Source of the DNA: Chiloscyllium plagiosum
Taxonomy: Eukaryota
Length of the DNA: 52,349 nucleotides
Direction of reading: 5' to 3'
Assembly (NCBI RefSeq): GCF_004010195.1
Contig: NC_057718.1
Coordinates: forward strand, 29,021,792-29,074,140
How positions within the stretch are numbered: the first letter of the stretch is position 1; each line of letters opens with the position of its first letter. A program made the position numbers and the translations under genes. Below are positions 12,026 to 25,799 of the stretch, one piece after another. Below the pieces are notes generated by a model that worked only from the letters and a program-made list of their open reading frames with translations, made no database searches and was not told the origin of the DNA.

Positions 12026-15000
12026 TTCTAGTATTGGGTTTGCAGAGAATGATCAAAAGCTGAAAATGGCTGCCAGCTCAGGGTGGCTGAGGCCACAATA
12101 CTAGATTCATTGAAGAAGCTGTATATTCCCATGGAAAATGATAGGGCTGGTATGTAGGAAGGGTGATATCAAATAGGCCAAACAGCCTGCTTCACCCATA
12201 CAAACCTAATTGTCTAAACCTATCCAGTTTGGAGGTAAAATGCACAATAAAGCAAAAATGTTGCAGTCAAAGCACCAACGGAGTCCATAGAACAAATTTG
12301 AACACATTAAATACATTTAAAAACATCTTAAATGTAGCCTGTGCTTTAGACTTGCTCTGATTTTTAACATGCACCATTTTGTTACACAGTAGGTTAGATC
12401 ACCGACATACTGCACCATCATCCAACCTACTTATTTCCCTTGATGCAGTAGACAGAAAGAGATAATGATGCACTGTTACAAAAAGACAGAACTTAATCTG
12501 TTTAAATCATTAATTTGAAACTATTAATCAATGAGATACCATTTAGTAGCTTTGATCCAATAATATGCTGCCATCTAAAGGTGAAAATACATAGTCTCCT
12601 TCCTTAAAAACAAGGTCTGCCCAGAAATTTTGCTCTACTTTTACAGACTATGTAGCTTAGCACAAAGGAGCAAAACTGAAGTCCCAACAATTCACATTAC
12701 AGAACTGAAGAGGGAAAAAAGCATTTCATATTCTGCAAAAACAAGCAACTTTGGGGCAGAGGTGTTTGGGTGTTTGTGGTGGGAAATAGGGTGTGACTAT
12801 GTAGATTGACTTTTTAAGATATGACAGGAGACATTTTATCATATGATTACAATACTGATCATATTCAGCAATCAGAAGTGGGAACGCAACCTGATATTTA
12901 TCGTCTATAGCCAAGAAATATTTTGATCAACCGCAATGTCCCATTTTTACTCAACTGAGATCAGCTACCTCAGCTTTATTCCTGTTCTCTAATCTATCAA
13001 AGGGCATTAAAGTATGATCATAATCAACCCGTTAAAGAGGGTTGAATGGGTGAATCATGAGGGTAGTGGCTGTGGGAAGCAGACAGCAGAAAGGTGGAAT
13101 ATGGGGGCAGGAGGGAGTGGTGAAAAAAAGTGAGGGCAGGAGGAAGCAGGAATGGTACTGATCTTTCTTTTTCCCTTTGCTAGATCTGTACTATCTTTGA
13201 TTCAGGTAGCAGCCTGGGGTGTTGTTATCAGTGGTGTCACAGCCACAGGAACTGCACATGCGAGGAGTTTGTCTTCCGCATCTGCAGTATCAGCAAATAC
13301 ATCCACAGCTTCACACCAGCATCATTCCAGTTTTCTGTTTCCCTAATTGCCCCAATCTCCCATTATATTTCCATCCAGTGTTACCTCGTAGCTGGGAAGA
13401 AGGAACATTGAAGAAAGGGTATATATCAAGGTTTCTGTTCAGGTCTTGAAAATCCCCCATTTTACAAACAGTTAAAATTCAACAGTGGATTTAAGAAATG
13501 TGTAACAACATGTTTTTTTTACCTTAGAAATTGATTGGAAAGAAACTCAGTTTGACAAATTGTGCAAGCAGAGTTGCAAGAACTGAGGACACCTTACAAT
13601 CATCTAACAACAATAAAATGCAACATCTAATTTAATGATGGCAATTATTTGCTTACACCCATTTTTCCAGTCCATTGTTTATGAATGGTATAATTACTAT
13701 TGCTTTATAATCAGCCTGAACAATAGTTGAATTTAAATAAATGTCTCAGTCTTCCAATGAATGACAATTCTGCCCTTAAAATGAAAGCAAATAGTACCAC
13801 TGTTACTGTGGACAAAATTACCTGGACACAAATATTTAGATAGTTTCAACCTTGTGAAATTGGGGAATTTGTCAAACTCTAAAGTGTCTACAAAACCTAA
13901 TTTTGTACATCTCATCAACCAATACTATAAATTGAGATTTAGATAAATAAGCTTCCTTTATTAATAAATACACTGACGACAGAGCTCACCGTCTAGGGAA
14001 TAACCGCAATCTATTATCACTGCTTTAGTTTTGATCTTGGGATTTCAAAGTCTGTGAACTAGAAAAATAGCGTGTATATCTTAACTTTCAGCAGCAAACA
14101 TATGATTCTGAATTTAAAGTCATTAGGTCACTGCACGGATCAGGAAGAAGTTGTATTTTATAATGTAAAGAACCAAAATAAATCTTTTGAAATACTAACT
14201 AGAAGAACATCAATACAGCAGCAACATATAATAAGATTTCAGACACACATTAAACTATTTCCATATATTAGCTGATGCTTTCTATTACTGTAAGTTTTAG
14301 ATTCTATTATTCGAAGTTGGTCAAGTGATGGCACATAGGATAGTGAATCCCATAACGATCACATATTCAGCAAATTTGATCAACTCTAATTCAATTAAAG
14401 TATATCACTGCCAAAACTAATTGCTCTTAGAAACTATTTTGAATATTTTGCTTTAAACACTTAAAACCTCAATAGTACTTGACGAGAACTTCAACAGTAG
14501 GCCCAGCAGTTGTGAAGCTTTCCCAACTCCCATTTTTGCATACTCAGATAGGTTACAACAAAAAATTATTCAGTTGATGGAAAACCTTTCACAAGCACCT
14601 AACAAGCAAATGTGCCGCCTGTCATAATCTTCATTATTTTATTTATCAATTCATTTTTATAAACATCATTATTCCACCTAGGTTCTAAATTTCAATCTTT
14701 TTATCCACCCTTCATACTTACTTCACTTGAAACCCAGACCCATTTTTGATCATCATCATGAACGTATATTTAGAAAATATTACAGAGCTAATTCCATGAT
14801 CTTGTGCATCCAACAGGAAGCCATGTTCATAAGAAGTGTGAATTGGAATGTTAGGACTACTGTTGTAGCCTGCATGCTTTTTGACAGTAGCTCCCCTGCT
14901 CTGAATCCTTAATATAACCCACATATTTTCAATGATAACCCAATTTGTTCCTTTTCTTACAAAATCAACTTTTAAGTGAATAAATAGAACTCACCAGAAA

Positions 15001-15554
15001 GAAAGAAATAGGACATTTGGCCTAATATCTCTGCTAACTGTTTTATGCTCTATGTGAGTCTCTTATTTATAAATCACTACAGAAGATTCTTACGTATAAA
15101 AATGTACCAGATTCCTACAAAGCTAAATACAGAGAGTTTAAAAGATTGCTCTCATTCCGGAGGCCTTAAGGCTAAACAGGCCTCAGGATCTCAAAATATG
15201 ACTGACTCCTTTTGAGGAAAGCAATTATTTATATAATGCCATAATCAATGATATTATGAAATTCAAAATTAAAGCAGATAATCCTAATAATACAGAACAA
15301 GAGAATTAATAATAAAATAAAGCTTTGATTTTAAGGTTCTGTTGAAGGAATTGTCCAAAACCTTAACATATTTACCCTCAAATACTGACTGACCTGGTGT
15401 GAATTATTGTTTTTACTTGCAATTTCCAAGTATTCATTGTTGACTCCTGTTGAGGTACAGACCCACTGAAGTATACTAATTCAAAGAAGTGTTTAGTTGG
15501 TAAAAAATTTATTATCAACAAGTAAGTAACAAATTATTGCCATCAGCAGAGACA

Positions 15555-17215
15555 CAATAGCATAAAGGTAAGCCATTTGGCCATCCTGTCATGACAGCTC
15601 TCTAAAGAGCAATCTCCCTGCTACATCCTCATTGCACTGCAAGTTTAATTCCCTCAAGAGAAATTCAATTCCTTTTGGTAATCATTCATTATCTTAGCTT
15701 CCCAGACCCTCACAAGCAATGAGTTCTACGCATTGCATGTAATAAAAGTTCTTCATCACCATTCTCCCTGCATCACTTGCCCAAAACTTAAAACTGTGCC
15801 ACCTATTTCTTGTATCATCAACTAATGGGCTCAGTTTGTCTTTATCCATTGTATCTTTTAACTCGTCACATTTTGTACACTTCTACCTGATTTCCCTTCG
15901 ATCTCTTTTGCGCCAGGGAGAGTAACAGCAGCTTCTCAAAAAACAGTGCAGCTAAAATCCTAATCACTGCAATCATTCTGGAAAATCTCCTCTGCATTCC
16001 CTCACATCCTTCATAAAGTGGTAACTAGAAGTAGATGAAATACTCTATTTGTGGCCTAAACAGCATTGTGTAAAGGTTCAGCATAACATCCCTATTTTCG
16101 TCTTCAAAAACAGCTGTGAGAAACAGAATCTCGCAGATGATATACTAAGAGACAATGCAAGAGCTGTCTATCAAGCAAACAAAAAAAAACTTACTACGTA
16201 TTACTAAGTAAGATGCTCAATGAGGATACACTGGGTTGCTCCAGCTGAAAACAAACAAAAAACAATTAAAATCTTAGGGCGCTGTAATCTTATGAAGACC
16301 ATAAGTGAAATGGTGCGTGCAAGATTGGGATCTTGAACAGCAGACAAGTTTCAAAACAAATTCACTACTTTCACTGCTTGGGGTGAGAGAAATCGATTAG
16401 ATTCTGAGGACGAGAAATTGATGCCACAGCTAAGTCACAATCTCACTGAATGGCACAGCAGACAGACAATGGGCTGAAAGGCCTACTTCTACTCCTATAT
16501 CTTGTGCTCTTGATGTAAATACTGCACACAGTATTTTAGATGTAGTCTTAGCAATGACCTGTAATAAATGAAGCATAACAAGCTTACTACTCTAAGAAAG
16601 GGTTACTGAATCCGAAACGTTAACTCTGATTTCTCTCCACGGATGCTGCAAAACCTGTTGAGTTTATCCAACAATTTCTATTTTTGTTTCTGATTTGCAG
16701 GATCCACAGTTATTTCAGTTTTTATTAAGCTTACTTTTATGTTCGATTCCTCTTGCAATAAAATACAGGATTCCAACAGCCATCTTAATGATTTACTAAG
16801 CTTGTACACTAACGTTTTTTGACTTATGTATTAGAACACTTATATTCCTCTGTGAATGTTAAGGCAACACAGTCCTTCCTGCCAAAGTGAACAACTTCAC
16901 ATTTTCCCACAATACATTCCAATGCCAGAGTTTTGCCTACTCACTCTACTTAACTATATCGGTCTTCAATCTTCTTTCGTCCTCTTCACAACATAATTTC
17001 CGACTTCTCTTTGTGTCGTCTGCAAAATTAACTGGCATGCATTTGCTCCCCTTATCCAAGTCACTTATACAAATTATAAGTAGTTGAGGTCCAATTTATG
17101 CATATTGTTTTCTGCTAGCCAGCCAATCTTCCATCCTGCTTATATGTTACCTCTATACCAAGAAGTACCGCAATAAACTTTTATGTGGCACTTTATTAAA
17201 TATCTTTACAAAAGT
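15555..17215 (-). mobile_element. Cluster of highly decayed CR1 fragments with a PLE-type tail at 16590-16725
   Basis: Collinear similarity to the minus-strand CR1 copies at 32200-33200. The PLE-type tail reads ccgaaacgttaactctgatttctctccacggatgctgc. Confidence 0.6.
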
Positions 17216-18084
17216 CTTGAGTGCATGGAGTTGTTTTATTACGTTAATGGTGTGATACAGGGTTTGTCATGGTTAAAGGCAAAGGGAATAAAAGGATGTG
17301 AGAACAGAGCCGGCACGCAGGATTGGAACAACTATTCACATAGGAAATAGACCAAGACAGGCTAATTAGGAAATTAACTAGCTATAAACAATTTCTCAAA
17401 TCCCATTTAATCCAAGCAGAGCTTGGGGTCACACCCATTCTGAAATCTTCAAAATAAAGAATTGTTAACATCCTAATATCATTTAACTTATTTAATCTGT
17501 GATCTTAAAATCTAAATTGTGAATTACATATATGTGTGATTTGATGGTTAATTGGCACAATGGTGAAAGTGATTTGCTTTTCATTGAATTAAATTAGTAT
17601 AATGAATATACATCATAATTATCATCATGTTGTGTGCTAAATAAATTTGAATTTGTTCATTTTACTGCCCAGAGTCCATAGTCATAAATTTACTTTCAGA
17701 TTCTTGGTTTATTTATTGCAGCAAATCCATGTTGGGTAAATGCTAATATTGTCCATAATATTCCTCAACTAGTCGTATGTAACAGAAACAGGCAGTGTTC
17801 CATTCCTGATCACTGACCAATTGGTTTGGCTTGAGATGGAGAGTATGAGGAGAACAGAAAATAACAGCATTGATGTTCTCCCACAGTGAAACAGCTTGCA
17901 GTTATAGGGTTTCTGGCACCAATGAAAGTTTATCTCATCATGAACTAAGAACTTTAAGAAACAAAACTGGGGAAAAAGGAGGGCAAGTTGTATGTCTGTT
18001 TTTAGTGAAGGGAAGAGGCAAATGACAGGTCGAAAAAAAGAGATTTTCCTGCATTATTGAACTGTTCAATTAAAAATAACTCAC

Positions 18085-18287
18085 CAATTGTTCCATGATC
18101 TTCGCACTTCTTGGATTTATAACAAGAGCCTCATCATAAAAGTGCTTGGCTCCTCTCAAATTGCCTCTCATCTCTTCTAGCCTCCCACGCATGAATATCA
18201 CATCATGCGACATGGAGAAAAGACTTGCTGCTTCTTGGATGCAGAAGGAAGCTTCTTTGGTCCTTTGTAGTTCCAGAAAAAGTTCAG
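18085..18287 (-). CDS. TTC7A: TTC7A coding exon (203 bp; about human exon 19, TPR repeats)
   Basis: actag|CTGAAC...CAATTG|gtgagt. Translates (A)[67 protein letters not shown] versus human [59 protein letters not shown]. Phase 1 in, phase 0 out. Confidence 0.96.
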
Positions 18288-19476
18288 CTAGTTTTTAAAG
18301 GAAATGAACAGTATTGATTATTTAAAATCACAGAAAGAAAAATTTACACTTCAACAGTAAAAATATTTTTATCTGAAATGCTAATTGGGTTCAGATTTTA
18401 CAGTGGTATGCTACATTAGTGAAATAACATTAGGTAGAAAATTCTCCATTTTTAGAATACATCATGCTGCACACGCATCACACACAGATTCAGCATGACT
18501 TCAGCCTGGACTCTGGAGCACAAAGGAAAGTTTGAGATGGACAGGAGGAGTATTTAGAGGAAGGGGATGTTTAGAAAAGGTGTTTGAAAGGGAAAATGAC
18601 AATGGACAGACAAGCAATGACAATGTCAACAAAGTTAAGTGAGCAGGAGACTTGAACTCACAAAGTTCTACCTGAGGGATAATAATGCCAACACTGCTGA
18701 TTAGAGGTCAAGCTTACATACTTCTACTATTCTTATTCTTCTTCCCCTCTCTCCCCCACCCTGTTCAAAACACTAACTCTTGCTGGATATAGGTTCAAGA
18801 TTACAAAGACCCTTACAAGTAGAAGGGGACCAACATTTATAAGAAAATAGCAATAACATTTATGTACTATAGGCAATTGTATGTTTAATTTTAATTATTT
18901 ATCACTTACTTATGCACTGGACGTATGTCCAAATAATGTTGACAACCTTGAGTGAAAACAATAAGTAGACACTTACTCAACTAGAGAACTTGAATATCAT
19001 GGAATGAATTGCAATTTCCAATCCAGTGAGATTTCATTTTAAATGGCTTCCTCTATTTTACAGAAAGTTCTTGAAACTGTTTAGCTGTGAGTTTAATCAA
19101 TCTAATATTTTGGATGAGGTCCTGCTCATTTGTCATTCTAATGTCTTCAGCTAGAAGCAAAGAATTAAATTGGCAGTAAATTAATCAAAATATTAAGAAG
19201 AGTTGTCAAAGTCAATGAGAAATTCTTTGTAAATTTACGTTTTTGTCCTCAAGTACTCTTAAGTTATGGTTGGCTGAGAAATTTAAAGTAACTTGTGAAC
19301 ACAGACGGTTTCTAATCATAATATCAATTTTACTTAGGAGTTTATGGCACCACATTTTCTGCAAATGTTGCTGACTCATTGATGTTAAAACATTTCTGCC
19401 ATGAAATGGAAGTATTGCAGGGGAGTAAAAAGTTCCATTTAATGTCATTTACCTCACTTCCTATCAGGCATTATTC

Positions 19477-19900
19477 ATAGAGTCATAGAGATGTACAGCA
19501 CAGAAGCAGACCCTTTGGTCCAACTCTGCCATGCCAATCAGATATCCTAACCTAATCCAGTCTCATTTGCCAGCACTTGGTCTGTATCCTGTAAACCCTG
19601 TACTCATCCAGATACCTTTTAAATACTGTAACTGTACCAGCCTCCACCACTTCCTCTAGCAGCTCAATTCCACACACACATCAACCTCTGTGTGAAAAGA
19701 TTGCCCCTTAAATCCATTTTATAATTTTCCCCTCTCACTCTAAACCTATGCCCTCTAGTTCTGGATTCCCCCAACCCAGGGAAAAGACCTTGTCTATTTA
19801 CCCTATCCATCCCCTTCATGATTTTATAAATCTCTATAAGGTCGTACTTCAGCCTCTAGTGTTCCAGGGAAATCAACCTATGCAGCCTCTCCCCTTAGCT
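19477..19900 (-). mobile_element. CR1 LINE 3' end
   Basis: catagagtcatagag tail; close match to 46540-46910. Confidence 0.88.
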
Positions 19901-20080
19901 TTCAAAGTAACTTTCATTCTCATCATCCAGTTCCATCTCAGCAGTGATGAGAATTATCCGTCCAATGCAGCAATATTATCAAATACAATGGTGTGAAGCA
20001 ACTACAAGACAAAACTTCCTTAATTTGCATTAAAAACTGTACCATTGCCCATCTCTTTGAAGAGTGAACTCTTCTGTGAC

Positions 20081-20172
20081 AAGGTTAAAAATCAACAACA
20101 CCAGGTTATAGTCTAACAGGTTTATTTGGAAGCACTAGGTTTCGGAGCGCTGCTCCTTCATCAGGTGGTTGG
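20081..20172 (-). mobile_element. PLE-type short element carrying a hammerhead motif
   Basis: Minus strand reads CAC-CTGATGA-A-GGAGC-AGC-GCTCC-GAA-ACCT-A-GTG, followed by aataaa and a tail shared with 5291-5410 and 4351-4400. Confidence 0.75.
20133..20167 (-). ncRNA. Minimal type I hammerhead ribozyme motif (stem III mutated)
   Basis: Core CUGAUGA/GAAA, 5-bp stem II and 3-bp stem I. Stem III is ACCT here versus palindromic AGCT in the copy at 5320-5330. Confidence 0.7.
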
Positions 20173-20592
20173 GACAATATGTATTCCTCATGCTCCAATC
20201 TTGTTTGTTTGTCTGAGTGATGTGGCTAAGTTAATGCAGAAATGAGTGAGTGCAAAGTCTCGAGAGCACTCGGAACAGGATTGAGATCAAGTCTAATTTC
20301 TTTTCACTTCGAACACGTTTAGGAGTATGCATTTAAAAAGAATCCACTAATATAGAACTTCATGTCCTTTCTATGTGGCATACAAGTCATTCAATATTAT
20401 GATTCCTTGAAATACAGTGCACCATGTTCTTCTCTCTTGAATTCATAATCTTTGCAAAGCAGTGTACTTTGTGAACAATCTGGCTGCTTACCAAATTTGG
20501 TCATCTATTCAGGCTACAGTAATCTGGTTTTTGAAAATGGTTTGTTCTGCACCATTTGCATTTTCCAAGATGTTACACATCCTTTCTATTTA

Positions 20593-20906
20593 GGACGGCA
20601 TGGTGGCACAGTGGTTAGCACTGCTGCCTCACAGCACCAGAGACCCGGGTTCAATTCCCGCCTCAGGCAACTGACTGTGTGGAGTTTGCACGTTCTCCCC
20701 ATGTCTGCGTGGGTTTCCTCCAGGTGCTCCGGTTTCCTCCCACAGTCCAAAGATGTGCAGGTTAGGTGAATTGGCCATGCTAAATTGCCCGTAGTATTAG
20801 GTAAGGGGTAAATGTAGGGGTATGGGTGGGTTACGCTTCGGCGGGTCGGTGTGGACTTGTTGGGCCGAAGGGCCTGTTTCCACACTGTAATGTAATCTAA
20901 AAAAAA
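20593..20906 (+). mobile_element. HE1-type V-SINE, full length
   Basis: A box TGGCACAGTGG, B box GGTTCAATTCC, V-domain, tail tgtaatgtaatctaaaaaaa. Confidence 0.93.
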
Positions 20907-21769
20907 TTACTGCCGGTACCAAAGACAAAAATACTTAATAAAGAATTTGTAAAGGGGAGAAGAAAATGGAATTTGAAATAGTTCTACAGCTGGGTATTTG
21001 TCTGAAATTGTCACTTAACCCTCTCTAGTTCAGGTCTAGCAAACCAAATATTGTGAACCCTTGAATTTAATCAACTTTTCAGCAAAGAAAGTTGGAAGCA
21101 AGGTGTACAGATGCCAATGTTTCTGCAGATATCCCCCAACCCTGAAAATTTCTTTCTCTTCTCTCATGAATAAGCTACATTTATTGGATGTAGCTCCATG
21201 AGTGCTACAACCCACAACTACTTTGTCCAGGAAGTATATACTACATACGTGACTGGGAAGGATGGCTTTAGTGGATATCAACATGCACATGCTATTTTAA
21301 AACAATGGCCATTGGTTAGAGCGCTGGCCAATTTGATCCCTACCTTGCTGAAAGATGAGTCCAAAATAAGCATCCCTATAAGTATGTGGCTCAGGTAAAC
21401 TGAATTAGTCCAGAACAGTGATTGTACCCAAAGCAAGCCGAAACTGTATGATTCAGTTATCCATTGTGCATCGTTTTAAACAAATCTCTGGCTTGAATAT
21501 TTTTGGCTGAGTGTGAGTAATGTTGAGTTTGGTAGAGTGATTTTTGCCATGAGGCCAAACAGATTTTCTCATGTTATTTTATCAAACTCATTGCATTATT
21601 TATTGTTTGAGTACTTGTGGTGAGAATCCAGACCATCCTGCTATGCATCTTCATAGAGGAACTCATTGTTTAGTGAGGGGCCTCCATTAGACCAGTGTCC
21701 CCAAGACTGCACCATCTTTCAAAGTCTGAAGGAGGGGTGTCTGATAGATATTAAAAGAACTAACTACAG

Positions 21770-22370
21770 AGATAGTGGATACACTGAAAGCAATCTTTCA
21801 AGAATCCTTAGATCCTGGAAAACTCCCAGAGGATTAGAAAATTGCCAAATATAACACCTTTACTTAAAAAGAGGAATTTAAAAGAAAAAAGCAGGGAACA
21901 ATGGCCAGCTAGCTTCATGTATGTTATTAGAAAAGTGTTAAGAGTCTATTTCAAAGGATGGCATAGCACAGCATTCAGAAATACTAATACAATGAAGCAG
22001 GGTCAGCATGGCTTCATAAGGGGAAATAAAGGGGACAAATTTATTAGAGTTCTTTGAGGAAGTATCAAGCAAGATAGCTAAAGGGGTAGCAGTGAATGCA
22101 ATATATTTGGATTTTCACAAGGTCTTTGATGAGGTACCACACACATTAGGTGACTGAAGAAGAGCCAATGATGTTAGGAGTGGTATGCTCACACTAGTGA
22201 AGTTAACTAACAGGAGGCAATTGGGATAAAGGGGGCATTCTCAGAATGGCAAATTGTAACTAACGGAATGCATCAGTGCTGTGGTGCAATTATTTACGAT
22301 ATATATTAATGACTTGGACGAAGAAAGTGACTGTACTATCGCCAAGTTACAGGTGACAGAAGAATGAGTG
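21770..22370 (+). mobile_element. Decayed CR1 RT fragment
   Basis: ORF 21842..22057 NITPLLKK...QHGFIRG; downstream IYLDFHKVFD and FTIYINDLD motifs. Confidence 0.8.
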
Positions 22371-22599
22371 ATCTTCCCAAGAACAAGCCCATCTTGTGCA
22401 GAGAAGAGAGTTCATCACACACTGACAGCTCTGCACACGGGCGAGGGAGAAACTGCCCAGGCCACTGGCAGTCAGAGGCACCTACCAAAATCCCATGGGA
22501 GATGAGCCATTGGTCTCAGTAATGAAGGACCTCATGCAGATTCAAAGGGAAGGGCAACTTTGGTAGGAAGGCTTTCAGCAGGTATTGGCCCTCATTACT

Positions 22600-23460
22600 G
22601 AAACATAAAAATAAAAGCTAGGAGCAGGAGGAGCCATTCAGCCCTTCAAGCCTGCTCCCCTATTCAATCGTGGCTGATCATCCAACTCAGTACCCTGTTT
22701 TTGCTTTCTCCTCATTCCCTTTGAATCTTTGGCCCCAAAAAGCTTTACCAAACTCCTTCTTGAAAACATTCAATGTTTTCGCCTCAACAACTTTCTATAA
22801 CAGAGAATTCCACAGGCTCATCACGCTCTGGGTGCAAAAAAAAGTTATCCAGTTCTAAATGGCCTACCTCAGAATGCAAATCCTGCTTCTAGCACCTCAG
22901 TCATTGGGAACATCCATCCTGTATTTGCCCTCTCTAGTCCTGTTAGAATTTTATATGTTTCTATGATATCATCCCTCATGGTTCTAAACTGCTATGAGTA
23001 CAGACTAACCAATCCAGTCTCTCTTCATACATCAGTCCAGCAATCCTGAGAATCAGTTTGGTAAACCTTTTATTGCAGTCTGTTCATGGCCAGAACATCT
23101 TTCCTTAGATAAGGAGATCAATGCTACACTCAATACTCCAGGTACAGTCTCACTAAGGCACTGTACAATAGTAGCAAGACATTCCTGCTCCTGCACTCCA
23201 ATCCTCTCAGGATGGAGGCCTTCCTCACCACATACTGCACTTGCATGCAGCTGAGTGTACAAGCAAACTCAGGACTTGTTGCACCTGTTTCCAAATCTGT
23301 CATCATTCAGATAATAATCTGCTTTGCTGTTTTTATTACCAAAATGAATAATCTCAAAAATTATCCAATTATACTTCAGCTGCCATGCATTCCCTGAGTC
23401 ACTCAGTTTGTCCAAATCACACTACAGCATTTTTGCATCCTCTTCATAGTCCACCATCCT
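22600..23460 (-). mobile_element. Decayed CR1 3' part
   Basis: Collinear with 31927-32980 (gccattcagccc...ttccttagataaggaga). Confidence 0.8.
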
Positions 23461-24118
23461 GCAGCGAAGCTGGGATAATGCAGCCAGTCCATCATTTGCC
23501 TGTCCATCATTGCTCAGATTCTGCAGCAGTGCAGCCAGTCTTAGATAGGTCGGCAGCTGCTGTGCAAAGCCAGGCCCAGTACCCTCAAGGTCTGCTCGAG
23601 AGTTGACCATACCTGCACTCCATCGCACTCAGATCTGAAAGCAGGATCAGAATGGGACAGGGAAGCTTCAGTCTAGTCCAGGTGCTCCCCCTACAAGGCC
23701 ACTGAACTCTGCCACAAGGCACCCTGCCGGAGAATGAGACACACACAGGCCCTCTATCGTTTTCAGACAGGACACTGTGCAAGTGGCCACCTCCACCTGC
23801 CTGCCCGTCTCTGACCCTTGGAAATTGCAACCAAGGAGGGTCAACTTGCCTCTTGGCATGTCTAATCTGCCCATACCCAAATTCCCCAGGGTCGCCCAAC
23901 TAAACGTCCAGGGCCAATGGGCTCCATTGTGGACTGAGAAAATGAATGAGAGCCATAAAGTGATCTCATTCAGATCAGACTTGCTGAATTCTCACCCTAT
24001 TTTACTACTTGTCTTACCCAAGACCACTCAATTCAGAGCCTAGTAAGAATCAACTCTATGTAACATTGGTGAATAGTGAACATCACGAGGCATTTCAGTG
24101 AGTTAATACTGAGCACAG

Positions 24119-24446
24119 AGCGGCACAGTGACTCAGTGGTTAGCACTGCTCCCTCACAGCGGCAGGGATCTAGGTTCGATTCCACCCTCAGGTGACTGTG
24201 TGGAGTTTGCACCTTCTCCAGCGTTTCCAGGTGCTCTGGTTTCCTCCTACAGTCAAAATATGTATATGTTGGGTGGATTAGCCATGCTAAATTGCCCCAT
24301 AGTGTCCAGGGATGTGTAGGTCAGATGGGTTAGCCACAGTAAATGCAGGGTTACAGGAATGGGGTGGACCTGGGTGGAATGCTCTTGAACAGTGGTATGG
24401 ACGGATTGGGCTGAATGGCTTGCTTCCACACCATAGGGATTCTAAG
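24119..24446 (+). mobile_element. HE1-related SINE (older subfamily)
   Basis: A box TGACTCAGTGG, B box GGTTCGATTCC, V-domain and tail ccatagggattctaagat. Confidence 0.85.
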
Positions 24447-24789
24447 ATACTTGATAGACAAATTCAAAACTGAGTTACTGTCTGTCAGATGCATGTGTTG
24501 TACAAACATGCTATTACAATAGAAACTGTAATGGAATTAATCTCAGTTCCAGAAACTCCAGTCCATCCATATTTCTTCCACCTACGTCTATTCCTTTACC
24601 TTAGGTCTTGCTCATTCATTTCTCATGTCCTCAGCAATCTCTAATGTTTCCCATTCTCCGGTGTACTAATGTCAAAATTCTTGCCCTTCACTACAAAGGG
24701 TAACTTAGACATCTGCTATGAATGGTCATGGGATTGACATCCCATTTACACTGACTTCAGATTGGTTCATCTGGAGTTTGTACCAAAGA

Positions 24790-24961
24790 CAGAGGAACCT
24801 TGATTATCTGGCATTTGATTAACTGAATTTTGGATTATCCGAACAAGGTCACAAGACGTTGGTGCTTGGTTAACTGTTATCCGGGGTTCAATTATCCGGC
24901 GTTTGATTAACCAAACGACAAAACCCCCGCCTGTGTAGTTCGGATAATCAAGGTTCCTCTG
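24790..24961. mobile_element. Complete 172-bp Tc1/mariner (pogo/Tigger-like) MITE
   Basis: 19-bp perfect TIR cagaggaaccttgattatc. TA on the right and GA on the left. Internal ttatccg subterminal repeats. Confidence 0.85.
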
Positions 24962-25799
24962 TATTCTGATAGATGTGTGAATTTTAGTGTCACTGGCTCA
25001 GATGAACCCTAAAATAAAATCCTTGGAATGCTGCTGAGGTCCGCCATCTGCTATGTGTCCATGGTCAGTGCAGTATGATTTGAAAAGCATGGAAGCACAT
25101 ATATCCCATGAAAATGTTTCTGTCCATTAACTGGGAGCAGTTTTAATCAATTACATAAGGGGGGGAAAAACATTGCACCACCACTGAGGAAGAAACATTG
25201 AGAAAGTGGATGAGGGTTCAATTGATTGTCCAACCAGATGAGTCAAAGTTTTTCTGAGGTGCAAGTGTCCATGTAAATGCAGAGTTGATAGGGATTTTTC
25301 AAATTCCTAATGCACCGATATCCAAATTTTGTCTTTTATTACAAACCTCTCCAAGGCCTGTCAACAGTGAAGTTGTGATCCAGGCCACAGAAACAACAAG
25401 GAGTTTACACTGGGAGTTAGTCACCTGCCCTGTGTGAGGGGGGAAGGGATTATCCATTTTGCCCAGCCACAGAAGAGTTCATGCTGGGCAAGACTGTTCA
25501 CCAAACCGTGTGTGGGTAGGGATGCATTTGTTCATCTGTCCTCTTTGCTCAACAGCTTGTTCACACTGATAAGAGACCATTTAAATGCTGTTAACTGTGA
25601 GAAGACTTTTAGGGGCATTCTTCTGAGGAGGAGTCATACCAGACTTGAAACATTAACTTTGGTTTTCTCTCTGCAAGTGCTAGCAAAACCTGCTAGGTTT
25701 CTCCAGCATTTTGTGCTTGTGTTTTAGAAGGTGATTGTTACTATCACAATATCTGTATCCTAATAATTACAAGCCATGCCTTTGTAACTTCAGTTATCT

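Noticed and set aside
13152..13449. ORFs and a possible plus-strand micro-exon
   Set aside because: No recognisable protein similarity, a weak donor and no partner exons.
1..18084. Terminal TTC7A exon (expected GLML...LRDAV...ALELEASSP)
   Set aside because: No matching minus-strand sequence found by eye; it probably lies beyond the left edge.
18288..18310. ttcctttaa resembling a U12 branch point
   Set aside because: The donor of this intron is gtatgt (U2 type), not gtatcct.
20593..20670. tRNA gene
   Set aside because: The A and B boxes belong to the SINE head, which continues into the SINE body.
24790..24961. CRISPR-like or regulatory array of ttatccg repeats
   Set aside because: These are subterminal repeats of a TIR-bounded MITE in eukaryotic DNA.
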